In this document: piece by piece, positions 53,070-64,000 of the stretch | How positions within the stretch are numbered: position 1 is the stretch's first letter | Layout: each line of letters starts with the position of its first letter | Assembly: GCA_951406725.2 (NCBI GenBank) | Contig: OX597823.1 | Span: 4,092,001-4,156,000 of the forward strand | DNA: 64,000 nt | Source: Octopus vulgaris | Taxonomy: Eukaryota | Reading direction: 5' to 3' | Made by a program: the position numbers and the translations under genes | The notes under the pieces: model-generated | Database searches by the model: none | Told to the model about the DNA's origin: nothing | Seen by the model: the letters and a program-made list of their open reading frames with translations, nothing else

Positions 53070-54689
53070 GTAAGTATTCTAAACCGTTTTTTTTTTTTGT
53101 GGCTACATATTGCTTTCTTCATGTGAATAGCTTCTTAATGACTTGTTCAGTTGTCTGCCACAGAACACGGATTTAATTTTAATTCAACTTTCAAAATACA
53201 ATGGAATATAAATCAGATTTATTTTCTTTTCCTTTTGTTGCCCTTCCTCAAAATGTCAGAATTAATATCTCCCCTCGCAGCACACCAATTTATCTTATTG
53301 ACCTTACCAACTTTATCTCCGCTACTACTACAACCAACCTTTGCCTCTCATCTCCTCAGTTCTATACTAGTTCTACTTAAACATGAGCAGCAGCAGACAT
53401 GCAATACATTTTGACTGGGGCACATTTAGTCAAAACGTGAGAAACCCTGACATGTTATGCAAATGAAGGTCCCTCTCTGAAACTGACACTTCTGCTTGAA
53501 CTCTTAACCCCTGCGTTACACAGTTCCAGTTCTAATCCCTATAAAAACAGTTCTCTTAAGAATCTCTGTTTCTTAATCACACTAATAGACATTAGATACC
53601 AATGGTTTCTAATATGGCCACCACCCACTAGTGGAGTGTACTACAATTATGTTGTGGCAGTAATATCAAATGAAAGTTGGTGGGATTAATAGAATCACGA
53701 GATAATCCAGTTGCACAGAATGTTTTCACCTCTTCCCTGACCCACCCTATTTCTTTCAACCCCTCCCCCCTCTGAACTGATATTCATCATTGACCATGCT
53801 CCACCCATGTCCCCCATCCACAGCATTTACCTCTGTCCCTATCTCTAACCATTTGTCACTTTCCTTTCATGCTCTTGCAAACCCACCCACCCAGCTTTGA
53901 TTTTCTGCCCCTACTCTCTCTTATATTCACCTTCCTGTACCTTGATGGTGTGTCCTGAAACCTCACCATCGACACCACTTTTTCCCCTTTCCAGTTAGGG
54001 TAACTGTGTATCTCCTCTACTGCAAGGCACCGGCTCCTGTCCCTCTATTATATTTTATCCTCTCAACACCCGGCACATTCTTGCTCAGCCAAGGAGCCAT
54101 GCCTTGCAAGTTACTAGGGCACCTCATTAATGTTGGTACCATGAAATAAGTGTCCACTACACCCTGCTAAGTGATTGGCAATTAGGAAGAGCATCCAGCC
54201 ATAGGGACCCTGCCAGGTGCAAGACATTGGGGAAAAGCATGGGCCTCCAACATATTGAACCCTATCAAACAGTCTTACTCGTGCAAGCATGGAAAAATGA
54301 GCAGATGATACACACACACACACACACACACACATACATACAACAGGTTTCTTTCAGTTCCCTCAACTATATTCACTCACAAAGTTTTGGTCAGCTCAGG
54401 TCTCTAAGGAAAGGTTCAGGCCAAGGTGTTATGCAGTGTGACTGCTTGGATGGGATGCAAACATCTTAACAGCCAAAATCACCCTTCATATAGTTTTATG
54501 CAAGATTTTTTTTTAAAGTAAGATATTAAATTCCTCCAAATTCTTGAGTAAAACAATGTATTTTAGTAAAGTAAATACATGAAAGAAATGATTTTTAAAA
54601 AAAAAATATAAAACAATTTTTAACCCTTTGCTCTTCAGGAAAAGTAACCAATTTACCTTTTTGGGGAATTCTCAGTAATACATTTCGTT

Positions 54690-54980
54690 TTTCGATTTGT
54701 TTGCAAGATTCTTTATATGAGTTCGTGTGTTGAAGCATATTCTGTTGTATCTGGGAAGAGTCATTTTCTTTTTGTGCCTTATTATTTAACACACTCACCG
54801 GTAAAATTTCCACTTATTTTTCTTTTCCTAAAATTTTTGTTGCGTCTTGTACAGAATCAAGACTATTGAAAAGGTTGCAAGATGCAATGAAAATTTTAGG
54901 AAAATAAAAATAAGTAGAAATTTTACCGGTGAGTGTGTTACATTATAAGGCACAAAAAGAAAATGACTCTCCCCAGACTC
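54690..54980. repeat. Second copy of the fold-back element
   Basis: Arms about 54750-54851 and 54876-54977 are reverse complements; sequence shared with 46530-46801. Confidence 0.85.
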
Positions 54981-55510
54981 AGTAATACAGTAAATCAGAT
55001 TTCAAAGTATTCAGATGACTCTGTCAAATGTAATGCTTATATGTATTCACATCATTTTAAATAAATCCTGCTTTATTCCATATCTTTGAGATGTCAGTGA
55101 CTGTTTATTTTTTTAAATGACACTGTAGGACAGGTGTGACAGGCCTGATCTGACGAGTTTCAAGATAAACCAGGTAGAATATTTTGGTCAGATATGGTCA
55201 GTTTGAATGCTAAAGGGTTAACCTCCAAATGAACATTGAGTAGCTGTGACCACACTTTAGTTTTAGGGGTTTCTAAAACATTATCTAATGTGTTCTCTTT
55301 TGTTAATACAATAGGGTGTGGTTGAAGGGTAGTTTGGCTATTGTTTCTAACAGCTTAAGTGAACACATAGTAGGTCTCTCGACTTATTATTTTTTAATGC
55401 TTTTCTGGTCTCTTTATTACATGCTGTGCATTAAATTGTAGACCAACCTTTGTCAGCCATTTTAATATCAATATTTGAATATTTTCTTTTTTTTCTCCTT
55501 TTCTCTCTAG

Positions 55511-55672
55511 AATACTTCAAGTAGACGCATGAATTGCTTGGAAACTTTATATGAATTCTTACAAGCGGCTTCTGCTGAAATGTTCTGGCTCCGTAGCAAG
55601 GAAAACGAAACGATCAGCCGGGACTGGAGTAAACCGGAACACAATATTCCTGATAAAGACGACATTTTTCAG
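55511..55672 (+). CDS. shot: Spectraplakin exon: plakin domain
   Basis: ctctAG|AAT...CAG|GTGATA; NTSSRRMNCLETLYEFLQAASAEMFWLRSKENETISRDWSKPEHNIPDKDDIFQ (WL..KE.....DWS motif); phase 0/0. Confidence 0.94.
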
Positions 55673-56033
55673 GTGATAATTTGTTGCTGTTTTTTTTTTA
55701 TTTCTTTATTTTGTTCATTATTGATATAAATCAAATGTTTCACTGCTAAATGCTATAAAGTTACACAAGGTGTGGCAGAGAAGCCCACCTTTTCCACACT
55801 CATTGCTGTGGCTCAGGTGAAGTTAAGCAGGTGTTAGTGGTGTCTTATGGAGCCAATGTTCCACTAGTTTCTACCGTTTCTTTCCAGTTACCATTTTGGT
55901 TTGGACTTGTGCACATTGTGTGTTTGCTGTTGAAATGATTGTCAACCTGTGCAAAGTCTTTAATGTCAAATGAAAGGAGACAACAAAGCCAAGGCTGTGT
56001 GGAGTTTTCAGGACATTTATAAAGAGAAAATTA

Positions 56034-56083
56034 GTCTTAAACTGCTGTTTCTGGGACATTAGGGATATCCCTTCATCAGAGAC
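56034..56083 (-). ncRNA. Minimal type I hammerhead-ribozyme-like motif in a probable Penelope-like remnant (about 56030-56410)
   Basis: Minus strand GUCU-CUGAUGA-A-GGGAUAU[CCCUA]AUGUCCC-A-GAAAC-AGCA-GUUUA-AGAC; a second CUGAUGAAGGG at about 56391-56401. Confidence 0.5.
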
Positions 56084-56232
56084 GATTTGAGATGGTTAAC
56101 TAGAGGGAAATATTAGAGTTCAATATAAGGAGTTATTTTGGAAAAGGAAACAAATAAGGAGTATACAGGGAAATAGAAGAATGAATGTTGAAATACTTGC
56201 CACCTTGGGTCTTCTGGATACCAATACCTCTC

Positions 56233-56263
<31 letters not shown>

Positions 56264-56662
56264 TGCATGTATGGGTGCAGGACATGACCAAGGGTGCAAA
56301 TAACATGAAATACATAAACGAGGGAAAAAAGAGTGAAATACATAAATGAGAAAAAAATGGAAAACAAGACAAGTTAGCAGAAAGAAAGGACCCTTCATCA
56401 GTTGTCTCCTCATTTTGGGTGGTGGAACAAAGAGGATAGCCAGAACTCAGTACATGAATATATATTGTTTTTTAATTGGTAGAAAATAATGAAGGTGACT
56501 CACAGACTAAGAGTTTGCTAAGTTCCATCCACGAAACTCTTGGCTCTCAAGTCACTTTTGTAACTTTCTGTTGGGGATTTTCAGGCAGATGTTTCATATC
56601 ATAATCTCTGGGTTACCATCTGTCTGACAACCTGAGCTTAATAGGGTAAGCCTCAGGGAAAT

Positions 56663-56700
<38 letters not shown>

Positions 56701-57724
56701 GTGTGTATGTGCACACACGTTTCTTTCTATTTTCCAGATTCATTCTCACTTTCCTTCTTCCTACATAATCTTTCTTCATAATCTCTACTTTTTTACTTAG
56801 TTCTTTATATGTTCCTAATAATATTAGCAATTGTATTTCTGTGACCTTTTTTTATTTATTTCAACATATTTCTCTGTTTTTTATTAATTTTTCCTTTATT
56901 TTGATGTTAGTCATTAGAACTACCAATGTAAGATGAACTTATGCCTCTTTCCTGTCTTTACTTAATGTTAAAAATCACTAATATCATTCTCTTTACATTT
57001 ACATCTTTGAATTCATAACTTTCTGCATATTATATTAGATCTTTGGTCTTTCCATGCATGAAGCATGGAAAAATTCCAAGTTTCCAAATACGAACCATTA
57101 TTTCTTCAGATTTTACATAGATAGCTTTCAAAACGTTAAACCAGGGAAATATTCTTCCTTAATTTAATTCCTGTTAACATTTAAACCTGAAAACAATTTT
57201 TTCTTGGGAAACATTTTTAAGATAGCAGCTTGGATTTTACTTTCAGGATTTCTGGCCAAAAAGGAAGGTTTGTTGATTCTACCCAAATTGCACCGTTCGA
57301 CTAACATCTTGTGTAGTTGTCATGTTTATTCAGTCAATACTAATGGAATAGCAATGTTTTTACAAAATTTTGTTGGCGGTGGCCGCTTGAAGACCAAAAA
57401 TTTAAGAACAACAGCAACAGTTTATGATAACGAATGTCATTTCTGGCTGTTTATTTATTTTTCTTTTTTTTTTTTTTAATTAAGATATTCTTTTCCAGTG
57501 GAAAAAGATCTAGAAAAACAATTAACCTGCTTCTTTTAGCTTTTGACATCAACTAAAACCTTCATCTACATTTTCTTTGTTAATTTTTCTCAAATGCTTT
57601 TATTGTTTGTTTGGTTTTTTTTACAATGTTTAAGTTTCCAACGAAGGCCTTGCTGGTTTCTTCTACATTTGGATTGCTTTTAGTGAGATCATTTGCATTC
57701 AGTTGTTGTTGTTGTTGTTGTTAT

Positions 57725-57932
57725 GGTGATGAGCTGACAGAATCATTAGCACCTCAGACAAAATGCTTAATGGCATTTCTTGCAGCTGTTTATGTTCTGA
57801 GCTCAAATCCTACCAAATCTACTTTGCCTTTCATCCTTTCTGGGGTTCATAAAATAAAGTACCCCTTAAATACTGAGGTCCTTGGCATTGATGAAGCCTG
57901 AAAGTTGCTGGCCTTGTGCCTAAATCAGCAAC

Positions 57933-57964
<32 letters not shown>

Positions 57965-58150
57965 GGCAGTGAGCTGGCAGAATCGTTAGCTGTTTTCTTA
58001 ACAGCACTTTGTCTTTACATTCTGAGTTCAAATTCCACCTAGGTAGACTTTGCTTTTCACCCCTTCAGGGTTGATCAAATAAGTATCAGTTAAGCGATTG
58101 ACTTGCCCTCTTCCCCCTAAATTGCTGGTCTTGGGCCAAAATTAGAAATT
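57725..58150 (+). mobile_element. Two tandem SINE family B copies; single copies also near 17845, 22905 (-), 41150, 48290, 51735 (-), 58570
   Basis: GAGCTG(A/G)CAGAATC heads, B-box, (ATT)n spacer. Confidence 0.8.
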
Positions 58151-61100
58151 ATTATTAATTATATCAAATCACAATCAAATGGAATTGTAGTTGTGGCCAG
58201 TGCCAGTGCCACCTGACTGTCTCCCATGCTGGTGGCACGAAATAAGTACCATGCATGCATGGGTTATTGCCAGTGCCACCTGACTGGCTCCAGTACTGGT
58301 GGCATGTAAAAAGCACCATCCAAACATGGTTGATACCAGCCCCCAGTACCCCTCCCTCGCCTGGCTCCCGTGCCAGTAGCACATAAAAAGCACCCACTAC
58401 ACTCTCGGAGTGGTTGGCATTAGGAAGGTCATCCAGCTGTAGAAACACTGCCAGATCAGATTGGAGCTTGGTGTGGCCTCCTGGCTTCCCAGACCCCAGT
58501 CAAACCGTCCAACCCATGCCAGCATGGAAAGCGGATGTTAAACAATGATGATGATGATTACTAGGGCAAAAAACTGGCACAATTGTTAGCACATTGGACA
58601 AAATGTAGAGCAGTATTTGTTTTGGCTCTTCACATTCTGGGTACAAGTGCCATTGAGGTCAGTGTACCTTTACATCCTTTCAGAGTTGAGACGATAAAGT
58701 ACCAGTCAGGTACTGGGGTCGATACAGTTGACTTGTCCCCTACCCTCAAAATTACTGGCCTTGTATCAAAATTAGAAATTATAATTTTTTTAATTGCATG
58801 CCTCGTCATGAAATATCTGCAACCATGGCTTGTTCCTTTTTGTTTTTGGATGGTCCCACTAAGCAGATTGAACCCAGTCACCTGAAAGTTTTCTCAGAAT
58901 CCCTACACTTTTCTGTAAGCTGTTTTACTCTGTGTGGCCTCTGGATTGAAACCTGTTTTCTGGAGGAGATAACAGGGGTTTCTAACAAGGATCAGTGGCT
59001 TGATATACTGTAATTATTCAACAAGGAATGTTTTGAGATGACTTTTGCTACACACCCTGTTTGGCTGGTTTAATTGCTTACAAGAGAGTCGCAGCTAACG
59101 AAGTTGAAAGCATGCTAAAAGTTTGAAGTTTATTGTTCTCTCCTTGGCAGACACTCAACTCTCCCTCACTCTGTCCTTAATGTAGATCTTGAGTGGATGC
59201 TGTTCTCCAGTGGGAATGTAATCAATGATAAATGCTGTATAATAACTGTTATGTAATTAGTTAAGTGATGGGTTTAGGAGTTAATTATTAGAATGTGGAC
59301 AAGTATTGAAAGTAAATAATAATGTCCAAAACGTGTAAATTTCATGGTTCCATGCCTTCTGTGAGAGGAATTAATGGTCATGGGGTTAAGATGGTTGCTT
59401 TGTAAACACTGAGTTCTGGATTCAATTCCAATGCATGGTACCTTGGGCAAGTGTTTTCATATACAGCCTTGGATTGACCTAAGCCTTGCAAATGAACAGA
59501 TTGGAAACTGTGCATAAGCCCAGTTGATGACACACTTAAATCTTTACCTGGTTTATCACCATCGCTTAGCTTTTGGGTGTCTTAAGTGTAGTCCACTCTG
59601 TTGCAAGTATCCAAACCATTTTATTGGCTTCAGACATTGCTCGGTATTTAAAGTACTACTTCTGACCATTTTAACCCATCAACTGCAGTTCCTTCTCCTT
59701 CCACCAATCTTGAATTCCTGGAAGAAGATCATGGCTGCTTTCCTTCCACTTCTCACTGAATCTCTAAAAGTAAATATCAAAACGTTCAAGTTAATAGACA
59801 AACAGACAGACTTTTATCCCTTTTGTTAAGATATTTCTGTTGAAATGCACTGCCTTTGTCTCAGTTAATTTTAAAACTAATGAAGAATTAATTAAAATAC
59901 CTATCATTATTAAGCTGTTGTTTGGAACATAAATTAACATCAAATTCAGCAGTTATAAATCATTTTAAAACAAGAAGTTTGTATTAAAACCAGAGATAAT
60001 TTCAGGCAGGTTTGTATCAAAAGGGTTAAATCTCTGAATGTTTACTAATTTCTGTTCAGTATTTTATAACTTAACTGGTTTATTCAACATGATTTTAGTT
60101 TTGTGTCATATTAAAATAAAATTGGAAATTTTAGTTGGTGAAGTTATATTACTCTTCATTTAGTGCATGATTTAATGACTTACTAATGAGACTAGACTGA
60201 ATATTCTTTAAAAGCAAAGAAATGGACCATTTTTCTTGGAACTTGTTCTATAAATCTGAGTGTTTATAATTAATAACACTGAAGAGATTGTCTTGGTAAC
60301 ATAACTGAGCTAAAAAAAATTATCAAAAATCTAATAATTAATACCAAGTTTGAAGTTGTGGCACCAATGGATTGTCAGACTCATTAGAGTGTTGCTTTAG
60401 ACAGACAAAATGCTTATATTCTGATATCAAAGACTGTTGGTGTCAAGTACTTGGCTTGAGGAATTCGTCTGACCCTGTCCCTCTTGAAATTAGTGGTCTT
60501 GTGGCTAAATTAGAAACAATGTTAATTGAAGTTAATTTAAAATGATAAAGGTTGGTTTTTGTTTTTATGTCATTTTTTTTTACAAACTTCTTTTGCTTTA
60601 AAAAGATTTGAGATCTTATAGTATAGTGACTAAAGCTTGCACATGCATTATATATATACACATATATACAAACGTATTATTGACTGTAGTTGTTAGGGAT
60701 TTGCTTTGGTACAAGTGCATTCATTTTCATTATTCATTATCCCCACAACTGCAAGATGAAGCTTAAGCCTTGGGTTCTTGGTGCTATTATTTGAATTTTG
60801 GCTAAATTTAAGACTGATATTTCCTTTTTCTCTTTTTACAGCATTGACGCCATTCAATGAATGGCTTTTATCAATATTTTGTTTATCAGGCTCAAGGCCT
60901 CGTTAGAGGAAGAGTGTTTAGTTGATGTAATTGGATCCTGTATCATACTGACCTTGTAACTCGTCCATCATGGGCTACATTCTCCTTCAGTTACTTTGAT
61001 GATCCTGTTCAGCCTGTTTCATCCTGATCTGCAACTTTGTTTAGCCACGCTCATCAAATCCTCATTCTGATATGATTTACATTCAGTAGAACCTCGCACA

Positions 61101-61200
61101 TAGTAACAGTCAAAGTTGGAAGCTCAGTGTAGTCTAAACTGGATTCATAAAAAATTTCTGAAATCATTTCATGTAAATAAAGTCCCAATCAATCATAGAA

Positions 61201-61565
61201 TCTTTTACTTGTTTCAGTCATTTAACTGTGGCCATGCTGGAGCACCACCTTTAGTCGAGCAAATCGACCCCAGGACTTATTCTTTATAAGCCTAGTACTT
61301 ATTCTATCGGTCTCTTTTGCCAAACCGCTAAGTTACACACCAGCATCGGTTGTCAAGCGATGTTGGGGGGACAAACACATACATAAATATATACATATAT
61401 ATGACAGGCTTCTTTCAGTTTCCGTCTACCAAATCCACTCACAAGGCTTTGGTTGGCCCGAGGCTATAGTAGAAGACACTTGCCCAAGGTGCCACACAGT
61501 GGGACTGAACCTGGAACCATGTGGTTGGTAAGCAAGCTACTTACCACACAGCCAATCCTGTGCCT
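61201..61565 (-). mobile_element. SINE family A, full length
   Basis: Reverse complement of family A, with many CpGs retained. Confidence 0.87.
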
Positions 61566-62739
61566 TATACTGTTAATTTTTCATTAAATAATTTTTGATA
61601 TTTTGAAATATTGAAATCAACAGATTATTATCTGTTGGAAAGGATTGCTTCCAGAAGAAAAGGACAAAAAAATGGAAGAAATGGTAGCTGAGAATCACCA
61701 TTAGAGTAAAGTGCAACATTGACCAACTCAATATGGCTCATTATCTTTTGTCAATTTAATTGGCGACCTCTATTTGAATATTCATTCATTTTTAACAAGT
61801 TTATTTTCAGCCATCAGCTATTTTCATTTGCACCTTGAAAAACTCGATTCCACATTGTTATAATTTCTTGACCTGTAATAATTTAGTGAGTTGTCCATAA
61901 TAACATAGTGAGTTGCTGGTACAACAGATATTGGCAAATCTTGATTTCAGTTCCGTTACAGCTCCATGTTCTAAGCCTGTTATTCTGATGCTCAGATTTT
62001 ACTCAAGACCTCTTCCTTTTCATTGTTCTGTGTGTCAATGAAACTAATTCTCATCACAAAGACTGGAAATGTTAGCTGCAAAAAGGGAATTTAGATAAGC
62101 AATTTTGGCATTGTGTTGCTCAACCGACTGCTTCCATGCTTGAATGTTGCCTGATCCTAGTATGATTATCAATGCCGTTTTAACAGATTGTTGGAATTAA
62201 AGTTTCTTCAAACTAATTTTAAATGATTTATAATGAAGGACCATTTATTAATATCTCTTTTTATTTTATATTTTTTTATTTATTTGTTTGTTCCAAATTT
62301 ATTGCATTTTGAACTTTAACTCCACAAATTTTGATGAAAACCATTTTTATATAAGAATTTTTGATTTATAAACTTTTTCATTTGAGAATTTTCTGGTAAC
62401 ATCATATATTTGTGTGTATACATGCGTGTGTGTGTGTGTGTGTGTCAGTGCTGACATGACATGAGCTCACAAATACGAAATCTATATGAACCCCAACACA
62501 CACATATCCTGCCAGCAGCAGTCAGTGGGAGCCACTTAAGGGTCAGGCTAGATAAAGACAATAGCAGAACAGCACTTCATTGATTTAACCCTTTTGTTAC
62601 CATATTTCTGTTAAAATACATTTCAATTAATTTTGAAAGTAATTAAATATTTAGTAAAATAACTTTGACACCTTCAATTAAAAATAATTTGAAAGAAGCT
62701 CTTCACGTATGTAGGTGTTTGTGTAGATAAGTATGTGTA

Positions 62740-63110
62740 CGTGTGGTAAGTAAGTTGCTTATGAACCACATGGTTCCAGGTTCAGTCCCACTGCATGGCA
62801 CCTTGGGCAAGTGTCTTCTACTATAGCCTCGGGCCGACCAAAGCCTTGTGAGTGGATTTGGTTGACAGAAACTGAAAGAAGCCCGTTGTACATATGTATA
62901 TGTGTGTGAGTGTGTGTGTGTGTCTGTGTTTGTCCCCTCAACATCGCTTGACAACTGATCCTGGTGTGTTTGCGTCCCTGTAACTTAGCAGTTCGGCAAA
63001 AGAGACCGATAAAATAGGTACTAGCCTTACAAAGAATAAGTCCTGGGGTCGATTTTCTCGACTAAAGGCAGTGCTCCAGCATGGCCACAGTCAAATGACT
63101 GAAACAAGTA
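62740..63110 (+). mobile_element. SINE family A, near full length
   Basis: Closely matches 15051-15433 and the reverse complement of 61201-61565. Confidence 0.87.
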
Positions 63111-63366
63111 CACACACACACATTTGTACATAGAAGTATTTTCCTGTTCTTTTTCTGTCTTGCAAGTTTACATGGCAACCTCATTAGGGGCATGGAAAAA
63201 AAAGACACTTGTTACACTCTATAAAGTGATTGGTGTTTGTAAGGACATGAAACTATAGAAACCATACGAAATCCGGGAATGGAGCTTGATGTGGCCTTGA
63301 TGTGTTTGCCAGATCATGGCAAACAGTCCAGACCGTGCCAGCATGGAATACAGCCATAAAGTGATG

Positions 63367-63525
63367 TGATGTGTGTGTGTGTGTGTATGTATGTATGTGT
63401 GTGTGTGTGTGTATGTATGTGTGTGTGTGTGTATGTATGTGTGTATGTATGTATGTGTGTATGTATGTATGTGTGTGTATATCTATGTGTGTGTGTATAT
63501 CTATATGTCTGTGTATATATCTATA

Positions 63526-63558
<33 letters not shown>

Positions 63559-63627
63559 GTATGTATATCTATGTGTGTGTGTGTGTGTGTGTGTATGTAT
63601 ATCTATGTGTGTGTGTATGTATGTATA
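63367..63627. repeat. Degenerate TG/TATG compound microsatellite
   Basis: Alternating purine-pyrimidine tract. Confidence 0.9.
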
Positions 63628-63827
63628 TAGAGATGGAGGATATTAGGGTTTTTTTGCAGGGTGGGGGTTAATAAAAAATGGGCCAAATTCAATCGATTCT
63701 GTCACCGGTCTTGTTGTTGTTGTTATATCTTTTACGTGTTTTAGTAAATTTGGCATTTCTTCTTTTTCTTTTTTTTCTAAATGATCTTTAGGTCTTTGTT
63801 AATTTTGTGTTTAAAATTGTATTACAG

Positions 63828-63935
63828 CAGGGTCTCCTTAGTGATATGGGATCACGAGAAGCCCAATTCAATGTTGTACAAGACAAAGGAGAATCTCTTG
63901 TGCGGAATCGGCACCCAGCTGCAAAAACCATTGAG
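63828..63935 (+). CDS. shot: Spectraplakin exon: plakin domain (tandem CAGCAG acceptor; may start at 63831)
   Basis: tacAG|CAG|GGT...GAG|GTAAAT; (Q)GLLSDMGSREAQFNVVQDKGESLVRNRHPAAKTIE (HPA..TIE motif); phase 0/0. Confidence 0.93.
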
Positions 63936-64000
63936 GTAAATTAGTTGTCAAACTCTTGCATGCATGAATAGGTCTTCCTGTATACTTTCCACTTTCATGT

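Overview
AT-rich, microsatellite- and SINE-dense animal genomic DNA; the repeat repertoire suggests an octopus or other coleoid cephalopod (inferred). The whole window lies inside one + strand gene, a spectraplakin/plakin cytolinker (Drosophila shot, vertebrate DST/MACF1/PLEC family). Fourteen GT-AG coding exons, most only partly or not at all captured by the ORF track, splice in frame to about 590 aa: end of CH1, all of CH2, then the first plakin-domain spectrin repeats. Neither gene end is in the window. The main feature is a 37.4-kb phase-0 intron (2398-39826) exactly between CH1 and CH2. It holds several ATG-initiated, phase-0, donor-terminated ORFs that look like alternative first exons for CH1-less isoforms: the best is 34447-34776 (110 aa), plus 11499-11558 and 26477-26578. 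Introns also contain two RLE-type (HERO/R2-like) LINE remnants, CR1/L2 and Tx1-like 3' ends, a Helitron helicase remnant, TTAA- and TA-flanked MITEs and several SINE families, one copy with an 18-bp TSD. Other notable elements are a Penelope-type minimal hammerhead motif, long fold-back elements and a roughly 160-bp inverted templated insertion copied from 14 kb away. All calls were read by eye; no database searches were run.
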